From assembly GCF_009914755.1 (NCBI RefSeq), contig NC_060945.1: a stretch of 64,000 nucleotides of DNA. One strand, 5' to 3'. A model generated the notes under the pieces. That model did not search any database. It was not told where the DNA came from and saw nothing but the letters and a program-made list of their open reading frames with translations. Source of the DNA: the human T2T-CHM13v2.0 reference genome, Homo sapiens. The translations under genes were made by a program, and so were the position numbers. Shown here piece after piece: positions 1 to 13,600 of this stretch. The stretch's first letter is position 1. Every line of letters starts with the position of its first letter.

Positions 1-3000
1 GGATGGAATTGAAAAGAATGAAATGGAATTCAATGGAATGTAATCAAATGAAAGGGAGTCGAATGGCATCGAATGAAATTGAATATAATGCGCTGAAGTG
101 GAGTGGAGTGGACTGGAATAGAATGTGGTGGAAGGGATTTGAATGGGGTGGAGTGGAGTGGAGTGGAATGAGGTGGAGTGGAGTGGAGTGGAATGGAATG
201 GGAAGGAATGGAATTAAATGCATGCAATTCAGTGGAATGGAGTGGAACGCAATGGAATGGAATGGAATGGAGTGCAGTTGAGTGGAGTTGAGTGGAATGG
301 AATGGAACAGAATGGAATGGAATGGAAAGGAATGGACAAGAATGCAATGGACTGGAATGGAATGGTATTGAATGGAATGGATTCAAATGGAATGGAATGG
401 AATCCAATGGAATGGACTCGAATGGAATGGACTGGAACGGAATGGACTTGGATGGAATAAAATCTAACGGAATGGAATCGAATGGATTGGAATCAGATCG
501 AATTGAATCAAATGGAATGGAATCGAATGGAGTGGAACCGAATGGAAAGGAATAGAATGGCATCAAAAGGAAACGAATGGAATGTGGTGAAGTTGAGTGG
601 AGTGGAGTTTAGTGAAATGGAGTGCAGTGGAGTGGAACGGAGTGAAATGGACTGGAATGGAATGGAATGGACTGGAAAGGAATCAACTGGAATGGAATGG
701 ACTCGAATTGAATGGAATTGCATGGAATGGAATCGAAAAGAATGGAATAGAATGGAATGGAATCGAATGGAATGAAATCAAATGGAATGGAGTCGAATGG
801 AAAGGATTTGAATGGCATCGAATGGAATTGAATGGAATGCGGTGAAGTGGAGTGGAGTGGAGTGGAATGGAGTGAAATGAAATGGGGTGGAATGGAATTG
901 AATGGAGTGGTGTGGTGTGGAATGCAGTGGAATGGAATGTAAAGGCAACGAATGGAATTAAAAGGAGAGGAGTGGAGTGGAGTGTATTGGAGTGGAGTGG
1001 AATGGAAGGGACTCAAGTGGAGTGGAGTTGAGTGGAATGGAGTGGAGTGGAGTGGAATGGAATGGACTCAAGTGGAATGGAGTGGAGTGGAATGGAGTGG
1101 AATAGAATAGAATGGATTGAAGAGGAATAGAGTGGAGTGAAGTGGAGTGGGGTGGAGTGCAGTGTAATGATATGGAATGGAATGGAATCGAATCGAATGG
1201 AATGGACTCGAAAGGAATGGAATCCAATGGAATGGACTTGAATACAATGGAATCGAATGGAATGGAATCGAATGAAATGCAATTGAATAGAGTGGAATTG
1301 AATGTCATCGAATTGAGGGGAATGGAATGCGGTGAAGTGGAGTGGAGTGGAGTGAAATGGAGTGGAAAGGAATGGGGTGAAATGGAATGGAATGCAGTGG
1401 AGTGGAGTTTAATGGAGTGGAATGGAAATGAATGGGAAGGAATAGAATTGAATGGAGTGGAGTGCCTTGGAATGCAATGGATTGGTGTGAAGAGGAGTGG
1501 AGTGGAAAAGAGTGGAATGCAATGGAATGTAACATAATGGAATGGAGTGGATTGGAATGGAGTAGAAAGGACTTCAGTGGAGAGGAGCGGAGGGGAGTGG
1601 AATAGAATGGAAAGGAAAGGAATAGAATGTAATGGTGTGGAGTAGAGTGGAATGAAATGGAATGGAAAGGATTGGAATGGAATAGAATGGAATGGAATGG
1701 AATGGACTCGAATGGAATGCAATGGAAAGGAACGGACTGGAATGGAATGGACAGGAATGGATTGGAGTCGAGGGGAAAGGAATCGAATGGAATGGAATTG
1801 AATGGAATGGGATAAATAGAATGGGATCAAATGAAATGGAATGAAATGGAGTGGAATGGAATGGCATCGAATGGAATCCAAAGGAATGCAGAGAAGTGCA
1901 GTGGAGTTGAGAGGAATGCAATGGAATGGAATGGAATGGAGTAGACTGGAGTGGAGTGGATTGTAGTGGAATTGAGTGGAGTGGAATGGAACGGAGTGGA
2001 GTGGAGTAGAATATAGTGTAGTGGAGTGGAGTGGAATGTAGTGGAATGGAATGGTGTGAAATGGAATGGACTGGAGTGGAATGGAATGGAAGGGAATGGA
2101 ATGGAATGGAGTTGAGTGGTGTGGGATGGAATGCAATGGAATGGAATGGAGTGGAGTGGAGTGGAGTGGAATGGAGTGGAGTGGAGTGGGGAGGAGAGGA
2201 ATGGAGTGTAATGGAATGCAATGGAATGGAATGGAGTGGAGTGGAGTGAAATGGAGTGGAGTGGAGTGGGTTATAAAGGAATGGAGTGGAATGGAATGCA
2301 GTGGAATGGAATATGGTGGAGAGGAATGGAATGGAATTTAGTGCAGTGGAGTGCAGTAAATTGGAGTGGTGTGGAATGGAATGCAGTGGAAGTGAATGGA
2401 ATGGAATGGAATCGAATGGAGTGTAGTGGAATGGAATGGAATGGAATGGACTCGAATGGAATGGGCTGGAATGAAATGGACTGGAATGGAATGGACTCGA
2501 AAGGAAAGGAATCTAATGGTATGGAATCGAATGGAATGGAATAGAGAGGAATGGAATCGAAAGGAATGGAATCAAAGAGAGCAGAATCGAATGGCATCAA
2601 ATGGATTCAAAAGGCATGTGGTGAAATGAGGAGGTGTGGAGTGGAATGGAGTAGAAAGGATTGTGGTGGAATGGAATTGAATGGAGTGAAGAGGAATTGA
2701 GTGGAATGGAATGGGAAGGAATGGAATTCAACGGAGTGGAGTGGAGTGGAGTGGAATGAAAGGAAATGGAATGGATTGGAGTTGAGTGGAATGGATTGGA
2801 GTGCAGTGGAGTGGAGTGGAATGCAATAGACTGGAATGGAATGGAATGGAGTGGAATGGAATGGAATGAAAAGGAAAAGAATGGAATGGAAAGGATTGGA
2901 GTGAAGTAGAGTGGAGGTGAATGGAGTGGAGTGGAGTGGAACAGAATAGAATGGAATGAAATGGAATTGAATGGACTCGAATGGAACGGAATCGAATTTA

Positions 3001-6000
3001 ATGGAATTGAATGCAATGGAATCTAATGGAATGGAATGGAATGGAATGGAATGGAATGGAATGGAATGGAATGGAATGGAGTGGAATCGAATGGAATGGA
3101 ATCGAATGGCAATGAATGGAATTGAACGGAATGCAGTCCACTGGAGTGCACAGGAGTGGAATGGAGTGGAATGGAATGGGGTGGAATGGAATTGAAGGGA
3201 GTGGAGAGGAGCAGGGTGAAATGGAGTGGAATGGAGTGGAATGGGAAGGAATGGAATGGGCCAGAAAGGAATTGAACTTAGTGGAGAGGACTAGAAGGGA
3301 ATGGGTTGGAATGGAATCAAACGAAATGAAATGCAATTGCATGGAGTGAAATGGAGTGCTACGGAATGGAGAGGAATGGAATGGAATTGAATGGAGTGGA
3401 ATGGAACGGAATGGAATGGATTGGAATGGAATGGAACGGAGTGGAGTGGAGTGGAATGGAATGGAATGGAATGGAGTGGAATGGAGAGGAAAGGAATGGA
3501 ATGGAGTGGAGTGGTTTGGATTGGATTGCAGTGGAATGGAATGGCATGGAGTGGAATGGAATGGAGTGGAATGGAGTGGATTGTAGTGGAGTGGAGTGGA
3601 GTGGAGTGGAATGGAATTTAGTGGTATTGAAAGAAACAGGATGGAATGGAATGGTATTAAATGGGGTGGAGTCCAGATGATTAGAGTGCAGTGCAGTAGA
3701 ATGGAATGGAATGGAATGGAAAGGAATGGAATGGAATAGAATGAAATAGACTCGAATGGAATGGACTCGAATGAAACGGAATAGAAATTACTGGAATTGA
3801 ACGCAATGGAATTGAATGGAATGGAATCTAATGGAATGGAATAGAATAGAGTGGAATCGAATGGAATGGAATCGAATGTCATCAAATGGAATCAAATGGA
3901 ATGGAATAGAATAGAGTGGAATCGAATGGAATGGAATCGAACGGCATCAAATGGAATCGAATGGAATGTGGTCCACTGGAGTGCAGTGGAGTGGAATGGA
4001 ACGGGGTGGAATGGAGTTGAATGGCATGGGGAGGAGCGGAGTGGAAATGAATGTAATGGAATGGAATGGGAATGAATGGAATTGGACAGAAGTTAATTGA
4101 AAGGAATGTCGTGGAGTGGAACGGCATGGAGTGCAATGGAATTGAGAGGAATGGAGTGGATTGTAGTGGAGTGGAGTGGAGTGGAATGGAATGGAGTGGT
4201 ATTTAATGAAACGGGATGGAATGGAATGGAATGGAATGGAATGGAATGGAATGGTATTGAATGGGGTGGAGTCCAGAGGATTGGAGTGGAGTGCAGTAGA
4301 ATGGAATGGAATGGAATGGAATGGAAAGGAATGGAATGGAATGGAAGGAAATAGAATCGAATGGAATTGACTCGAATGCAACGGAATAGAATTTAATGGA
4401 ATTTAACGCAATGGAATAGAATGGAATGGAGTTGAATGGAATGAAATAGAATAGAGTGGAATTGAATGGAATGGAATCGAACAGCATCAAATGGAATCGA
4501 ATGGAATGTGGTCCACTGGAGGGCAGTGGAGTGGCATGGAGTTGAATGGAATGGGGTGGAATGGAGTTGAATGGAGTGGAGAGGAGAGGAGTGGAATGGA
4601 ATGAAATGGAATGGAATATGAAGGAATGGAATGGGACAGAAATTAATTGAAAGGAATGGAGTGGAGTGGAAGGGAATGGAATGGAATGGAATCAAATGAA
4701 ATGGAATGCAGTTGAATGGAGTGGGACGCAGTTGAATGGAATGGAGTGGAATGGAGTGGAATAGAATGGAGTGGAATTGAATGGAATGGAATGCAGTGGA
4801 GTGGAGTGGAGTGGAATGGAGTGGTGTGGAATGAAGTGAAATGGAGTGGAGTGGAATGGAATTGAGTGTAGGGCAACGGAATGGAATGGAGTGGAATGGA
4901 ATGGAACTGAAAGGAATGAAATGGAATGGACTCAAACGGAATGGACTCTAATGGAATGGACTGGAATGGAATGGACTCGAATGGAATGGACTCGAATGGA
5001 ATGGACTGGAATGGAAGGGACATGAATAGAGTGGAATCGAATGGAATGGAATCAAATGGCATCGACAGGAATCAAATGAAATACAGTGCAGTTGAATGGA
5101 GTGCAGTGGAATGGAATGGGATGGAATGTGGTGGAATGGAATGGAATGGAACGGAATGGAGTGAAGTGGAGTGGAATGGAATGGAATGGAATGGAGTGGA
5201 ATGGAGTGGAATGGAATGGAACGGAATGGAATGGAATGGAATGGAATGGAACGGAGTGGAACGGAATGGAACAGAATGGAATGGAGTGGAATGGAATGGA
5301 ATGGAATGGAATGGAATGGAATGGAGTGGAATGGAGTGGAATGCAGTGGAGAGGAGTGGAATTTAATGGAGTGAAGTGGAATGGAATGGAGTGAAGTGGA
5401 ATGGAATTGAATGGAATGGAATGAAATGGAATGGAAAGGAATCGAAAGGAATGTAATTGAATGGCATCTAATGGAATCGAACGGAATGCGGTGAAGCAGA
5501 ATGGAGTGGAGTGGAATGGAGTGGAATGGAATGGGGTGGAACTGAAATTAATGGAGTCGAGTGGAATGGAGTGGATTGGAATGGGAAGGAATGTGATGGA
5601 ACAGAGTGGAGTTTAGTGAAAAGGAATGCAATGGAATGGAATGGAATTGAATGGAAGGGAAGGGAATGGAATGGAATGGAGTGGAAAACATGGAATGGAA
5701 TTCACAGGACTGGACTGGAATGGAACGGAATGGAATGGAATGGAATGGAATGGAATGCAATGCAATGCAATCAAATGGACACGAATGGAATGGACTTGAA
5801 TGGAATGGACTCGAATGGAATGAACTGGAATGGAATGGACTAGAATGGAATGAACTGGAATGGAATGGACTGGAATGGAATGGACTCGATTGTAAGGGAA
5901 TCGAATGGAATAGAATCGAATGGCAGTGAATGGAATTGAATGGAATGCGATGAAGTGGAGTGGATTGCAGTTGAATGGAGTGCAAACAATGGTTTGGAAA

Positions 6001-9000
6001 GGAATAGAATGGAGTGGAGCGGATTTGATTGGAATGGAATTGAATGGGAAGTAATGGAATTTAATGGAGTGGAGTGCAGTGGAGTGGAGTGGAGTGGAGT
6101 AGGGTGAAATGGAATGAAATGGAATGGAATGGCATGGAATGGACTGGAATGGAATGTAATCAAATGGAAAGGAATCGGATGGAAAGAAATGTTATAGAAT
6201 GGAGTGGAATCAACTGGAATGGAATTGAAAGGAATGGAATGGAATGGAGTGGATACGATTGAAAAGGAATCGAATGTCATCGGATGGAATCAAAAGGAAT
6301 GCGGTGAATTGGAGGGGAGTGGAGTGGAAAGGAGTGCAATGGAATGGTGTGGAATGGAATGGAAAGGAGTAGAGTGGAGTGGAAAGGAGTGGAATGGCAT
6401 GGAATGGAAAGGAATGGAATTGAATGGAGTGGAGTGCAATGGAGTGCCTTGAAATGGAATGCAATGGAGTGGAGTGGAGAAAAGTGGATTGGATTGGAAT
6501 GGAATGAAACGGAATGGAATGGAATGCAACGTACTGGAATGGAAAGTAATCGAATGGAAAAGAATGGAATGGAATGGAATGGAATGGAATCAAACGGAGT
6601 GGAATCGTGTGGAATGGAATCGAATGGAATTTAATCGAATGGCATCGAATGGAATCAAATGGAATGCAGTGAAGTGGAGTGGAGTGGAATGGAGTGGAAT
6701 GGAATGGGTTGGAATGGAATGGAGTGGAGAGGAGTAGATTGGAGAGCAATGGAATGCAATGGAATGGAGTGGAGTGGAGAGGATTGGAGTGGAGTGGAAT
6801 GCAATGGAATGGAAAGTAATTGAGTGGAGAGGAATGGAGTGGAATGTAGTTTAGTGGTGTGGATTCGAATGGAGTGGAATATAGTGGATTTGAGTGGAGT
6901 GGAAGGGAATTCACACAAGTGGAGTGGAGTTGAGTGGACTGGAGGGGAGTGAAGTGGAATGGAGTGGAAAGGAATGGAGTGGAATTTAAAGGAATGGAAT
7001 GGAGTAGAGTGGAGTTGCGTGAAGTTTAATGGAGTGGATTGCAGTGGAGTGGAGTGGAATGGATTTGAAAGGAGTGGTGTGCAGTGAAGTGGAGTGAATT
7101 GGATTGGAATGAAAAGGAATGCAGTGAAATGAAATAGAATGGTGTGGAATGGAATGGAAAGGAATGGAAAGGAATTGACTTGAAGGGAATGGACTCAAAT
7201 GGAATGGACTCTAATGGAATGGACTGGAATGGAATGGACTCGAATGGAATGGAATCAAATGGAATGGAATCAAATGGAATGGAATCAAATGGCATCGACT
7301 GGAATCAAATGGAATACGGTGCAGTGGAGTGGAGTGGAAAGGAGTGGTATGGAATGGAATGGAATGGAATGGAATGGAATGGAATGGAATGGAGTGGAAT
7401 GGAATTGAGTGGAGTGGAGTGGAGTGGAATGGATTGGAGTGGATTCGAGTGGAGTGGGATGAAATGCACTTAAGTGGAGTGGAGTAGAGTAAAGTGAAAT
7501 TCAGTGGAATGGAATGGAATGGATTTTCATGGATTGGAGTGTACTGGAGTGGATTGGAGCGGAGTGTAATGTAGCGGAATTGAGTGGAGTGGACTGGAGT
7601 GAAACGGAGTGGAATGGAGTTCAATGGAGTGCAGTGGAGTTGAGTGCAATGGAATGGAGTGCAGTGGAATGGAATGGAATGGAATGGAATGGAATGGAAT
7701 GGAATGGAATGGAGTGGAATGGAAAGGAATATAGTGGAATGCAATGGAATGGAACTGAAAGGAATGGAATGGAGTGGAATCGAATGGCATGGAACAAAGT
7801 GGCACGGAACACAATGGCACGGAATCGATTGGCATCGAATGGAATTGATAGGATTGCGGTGAAGTGGAGTGGATGGAGTGGAATGGAGTGGAATGGAATG
7901 GAGTGGAATTGAATTGTAATGGAGTGGTGTGGAGTAGAGAGGAATGGAATGGAATGGAAAGAAGTTGAGTGCAGTGAAGTGGAATGGAAGGCTGCGGAAT
8001 TGAATGGAAAGGAATGCTACAAATTGGAATGGAGTGGAACGCAGTGGAATGGAGTGAAGTGGTGTGGAGTGGAGTGGAGTGGAGTTTAATGGAGTGAAAC
8101 CGAAACGAATGGAATAGAATTGAGTGCAATGGCATGGAGTGGAGTGGAGTGCAGTGGTTTGAAATGGAATGGAATGGATTGGAACAGACTGCAATGGAAT
8201 GGACTGGAATGGAATGGAGTCGATTGTCATGGACGCGGATAGAATGGATTCAAAAGGAATGGAATCGAATGGAATGGAATCGGATGAAATGGAATCAAAT
8301 GGAATGCAATCGAATGGAATGGAATCCAATGGCATTGAATGGAATTGAATGGAATGCTGTGAAGTGGGGTGAAGTTGAGTGGAATGGAGTGAAATGTAAT
8401 GGAATTGGAAGGAATGGAATAGAATGGAGTGGATTGTACAAGATTGGAGTGGCAGGTAGTGGAATGGAAAGGGGTGGAATGGAATTGAATGGAGTGGATT
8501 GGAGTGGGGTGAAATAGAGTGGAATGGAATGGAATGGGAAGGAATGGAATTGAATGGAGTGCAGTGGAGTGGGCTGGAGTGTAATGCAATGGAATGAAAT
8601 GGAATAGACTGGAGTGTAATGGAGTGGATTGGCGTGGAGTGGATTGGAATGGAATGGAATGGAGTAGATTTGAGTGGAATGAAGTGGAATTGAGTGGAGT
8701 GGAGGGGAATGGAGTGGAGTGGAATGGAATGGGAAGGAATGAAATTGAATGGAGTGGAGAGGAGTGGAGTGGAATGTAATGGAACAGAATCCAGTGGATT
8801 GGAATGGAATGGAATGGAATGTACTCAAATGGAATGGACTCCAATGGAATGGACTCGAATGGAATGGAATCGAATTGAATGTAATCAAAAGGAATGGAAT
8901 AAAATGGCTTCGAATGGAATCAAATGGAATGTGGTGAAGTGGAGTGGAGTGCAGAGGAGTATAGTGGAAAGGAATGCGGTGGAATGAATTTGAATGGACT

Positions 9001-10620
9001 GGAGTGGAGTGGAATGCAGTGGAATGGAATGCAATGGGAAGGAATGAAATAGTAGGGAGTAGAGTTCAGTGGAGTTGACTGGAGTGGAATGCAATGGAAT
9101 GGAATGGAATGGACTCAAATGGAAAGTTCTCAAACAGAATGGTACCGAATGGAAGGGAATCGAATGGAACGGAATGGAATGGAGTAGAATCGAATGGAAT
9201 GGTAGCCAACGGAATGGAATCCAATGGAACGGAAACGAATGACATCGAATGGAATCAAGTGGAATGCGGTTAAGGAAGTGGAGTGGACTGGAGTGGAATG
9301 GAATGGAATGGATTGGAATTGAATGGACTCGAATGGAATGGACCCGAATGGAATCAAATGGAATGGAATCGAGTGGAATGGAATCCAATTGAATGGAATC
9401 CAATGGAATGGAATCGAATGGCATTGAATGGAATGGAACACAATCGCATGGAATGGAATCCAATGGAAAGGAATCGAATGGCATTGAATGGAATGGAACA
9501 CAATCGCATGGAATGGAATCCAATGGAATGGAATCGAATGGAATGGAATCAAATGGCATCGAATGGATTCAAATGGAATGCGGTGAAGTGGAGTGGATTG
9601 GTTTGGAATGCATTGGAATGGAATGGGGTGGAATGGAATTGAATGCAGTGGAGTGAGTTCAGTAGAATGTAGTAAAATTGAATGGAATGGGAAGGAATGG
9701 AATTGAACAGAGTGCACTGGAGTGGAGTGGAGAGGAATGCAATGGAATAGGGTGGAGTGGAGTGGAGTGGAGTGGAGTGGAGAGGAGAGAAATGGTGTTG
9801 AGTGGAATGGAATGGACTCAAGTGGAGTGGAGTGCAGTTGAGTGGATACGAGATGAGCAGAATGGAGAGGAATGGAAAGGAATGTAACGGATTGGAGTGG
9901 AGTGGAGTGGGGTGGAATTGAATTGAGTGGAGTGGAGTGGAAAGGAGTAGAATGGAGTGGAATGGAAAGGAGAGGAGGGGAGTGGTATGGAGTGGAGTGG
10001 AATGAAATGGAATGGAGTGGAATGGAATGCAATGTAAAGGAATGGAGTGCAATGGAATGGACGAGAATGGAATGGACTCAAATGGAATGGAGTGGAATGG
10101 AGTGGGCGCGAATGCAATGAACTCCAATGGAATGCACTGGAACAGAATGGACTCGAATAAATTGGAATGGAATGGAATTGAATCAAAAGGAATGGAATCG
10201 AATGCCATGGAATTGAATGGAATGGAATTGAAGGGAATGAAATCAAATAGCATCGAATGGAATTGAATGGAATGTGATGATGTGGAGTGGAGTGCAGTGG
10301 ATTGGAGTGGAATGGAATGGGGTGCAACAGAAATGAATGGAGTGGTGGGTAGTGGAATGGAACGGAGTGGAATGAAAGAGAATGGCAAGGAATGGAATCG
10401 AACACAGTGGAGTGGAGTGGAGAGGAGGGGACTGGTGTGGAATGCAATGGAACGGAGTGGAGTGGAGTGGAGTGGATTTGAGTGGAAAGGAGTGGAGTGG
10501 ACTGAAATGGAATGGAATGAACAGGAACGAAATGGACTCAAAAGGAATTGATTCAAATGGAATGGAATCGAGTGGAATGGAATGGAATGGAATGGAATGG
10601 AGTGGAATAAATGGAGTGGG
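1..10620 (+). repeat. HSat3 (GGAAT)n satellite, GGAGT-rich sub-domain
   Basis: Continuous 5-bp register of GGAAT with long GGAGT runs (e.g. ggagtggagtggagtgg). A GGCATCGAAT...GCGGTGAAGT landmark recurs throughout. The purine-rich strand is on +. The right boundary is approximate. Confidence 0.93.
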
Positions 10621-13600
10621 ATCGAATGGACAGGACTGGAATGGAATGGACACCAATGGATTGGAATGGAATGGACCCAAAAGTAATAGAATGGAATGGA
10701 ATGGACTCAAATGGAATGGAAAGGAATTGAATGGAATGGACTCGAATGGAATGGAATGGAATGGACTCGAATGGATTGGAATGCAATGTACTCGAAAGGA
10801 ATAGAAAAGACTCGAATGGAATGGAATGGACTGGAACCGAACGGAATGGACTGTAATGGAATGGAATGGAATTGATTGGATTTGAATAGAATAGAATGGA
10901 ATGGAATGGACTCCAATGGAGTGGAATTGAATGGACTAAAATGGAATGGAATGAACTTGAATGGAAAGGAATGCAATTTAATGGAATGGATTCTAATGGA
11001 TTGGAGTCCAGTGGAATGGAATGGAATGGAATCTAATGGAATAGAATGGAATGTACTCGAATGGAAAGGAATGCTATGGAATGGACTCGAATGGAATGGA
11101 ATGGAATGGGCTCGAATGGAATGGAATGGAATTGAATGGTCTCGAAAGGGATGGAATGGAATGCAAAGGAATGGAATCGAATGGAATGGAATGGATTTGA
11201 CTCGAATGGAATTGAATGGTATGGACCTGAAAGGAAAGGAATGGAATGGAATGGAATGTACTCGAGTAGTATGGAATGGAAAGGTATAGACTCGAATGGA
11301 ATGGTATTGAATGGAATGGACTCGAATGGAATGGAATGGAACGGAATGGATTCGAATGGAATGGTTTGGAATGGAATAGACACGAATGAAATGGAATGGA
11401 ATGGACTCAAATGGAACAGAATGGAATGGAATGGAGTGGACTCCAATGGAATGGATTGGATTCGAGTGGAATGCAATTGAATGGAATGAACTCAAATGGA
11501 ATATAATGGAATCGAATGGACTCGAATGGAATGGAAAAGAATGGACTCGAATTGAATAGAATGCAATGGACTCGAATGGAATGGAGAAGAATGGAATGGA
11601 CTCGTATGGAATGGAGTGGCATGGACTCGAATGGAATGGAATTTAATTGAATGGACTCGAAAGGAATGGAATGAAATCTACCCGAATGAAATGTAATAGA
11701 ATCAAAAGCACTCGAAAGAAATGTAATGGAAAGGAATGGACTCAATGGATAGGAATGGAGTGGAATGGAATGGAATGGAATGCACTCGAACGGAACGGAA
11801 TGGAATGGAATGGAATTGACTCGAATGGAATATAAAGGAATGGACTCGAATAGAATGGAATGGAATGGAATGGACTCGAATAGAATGGAATGGAATGGAA
11901 TGGACTCGAATGTAATGTAGTGGAAAGGACTCGAATGGAATGGAAAGGAATTTAGTGGACTCGAATCGAATGGAATATAATGTTATGGAATGGACTCGTA
12001 TGGAATGGAATGGAATGGGCTCGAATGGAATGGAATGGAATGGAATGGTCTCGAAAGGGATGGAATGGAATGGACCCGAATGGAGTGGAATGGAATAGAA
12101 TGGAATTGAATGAAATGGAATGGAATTGAATGGAATGGAATGGAATGCTATGGATTGGAATGGACATGAATGGAATAGAGTGGGATGGAATGGAAGGAAT
12201 TCAAAAGGAATGGAATGGAATGGAATCCAATGGAATGGAAAGGCCAGGAATCAAATGGAATGGAATGGAATGGACTCGAGTGGAATAAATTGGAATTTAA
12301 TGGAATTGACTCCAATGGAATGCAATGGAATGGTCTTGAATGCAATAGAATGGAACGGAATGGATTCGAATGAAATGCAATGGAATGGACTTGAATGGAA
12401 TGAAATGGACACGAATGGAATGGATTGGAATGCAATGAACTCGAATGCAATAAAATGGAATTTTAATGGAATGGACACTAATAGAATGGAATGGAATGGA
12501 CTTGAATGGAATAGACTCGAATGGAATGGAATGAAATGGACTAGAATGGAATGGAATGGAATGGACTCGAAAGGAGTTGGATGGAATACAATGGAATGGA
12601 ATCCAACAGAATGGAATGGAATGGACTTGAATGGAATGGAATGCAATGGAATGGACTCGAAGGAATGGAATGGATTTGACTCGAATGGAATTGAAGGGAA
12701 TGGACCCGAATGGAATGGAGTTGAATTGAATGCAATGGAATGGATTGGGCTCAAATGGAATGGAATGGAATGGAATGGAAAATAATGGAATGGAATAGAA
12801 TGGGCTTGATTGGAATGGGATTGAATGGAATGGACTCGAATGGAATGGTATGGAGTGGACTCAAATGGAATAGCATGGAATGGAATGGACTTGAATAAAA
12901 TGGAATGGAATGGAATCGAATGGAATGGAATTGGCTTGAACGGAATGGAGTAGAATGGACTCATATGAAATGGAATGGCATTGAATGGACTTGAATGGAA
13001 TTTAATGTAATGGAGTGGAATGAACTCCAATGGAATGGAATGTAATTGAATGAAATGTACTCGAATGGAATGGAATGGAATGGACTTGAAAAGTATGGAG
13101 TGGAACGGAATGGAATGGGATGGATTGGAATGGAATGGAATGCAATGGAATGGAAAGAAATGGAATGCAGTTGAATTGAGCTGACCCGAAAGGAATGGAC
13201 TGGAATGGAATGGAATGCAATGAAATGCAGTGGTCTCAAATGGAATAGAACAGAACGGACTCTAATGGAATGGAATGGAATGGAGTCGAATGGAATGGAA
13301 TGGAATTGAATGGACTCGAATGGAAAGGAATGTAATGGAATGAAGTGGACCTGAATGGAATGGAATGGAATGGAATGGAATGAAATGGACTCGAATAGAA
13401 TGGAATGTAAAGGAATGAATTCGAATGGATTTGAAGGGAATTCAATTGAATTGAATGGATTCAAAAGGATTGGAATGGAATGTACTCGAATGGAATGGAA
13501 TGGAATGGACTCCAATTGGAAGGAATCCCCTTGAAGGGAGTGGAATGGAATGGAATCAACTCGAGTGGAATGGAATATGGAATGGAGTAGAGTGGAATGG

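Noticed and set aside
60-10300. Repeat-spacer (CRISPR-like) appearance of the GGCATC...GCGGTGAAG landmark
   Set aside because: The landmarks are degenerate, the spacers are hundreds of bp of the same satellite, there are no cas genes, and the context is human.
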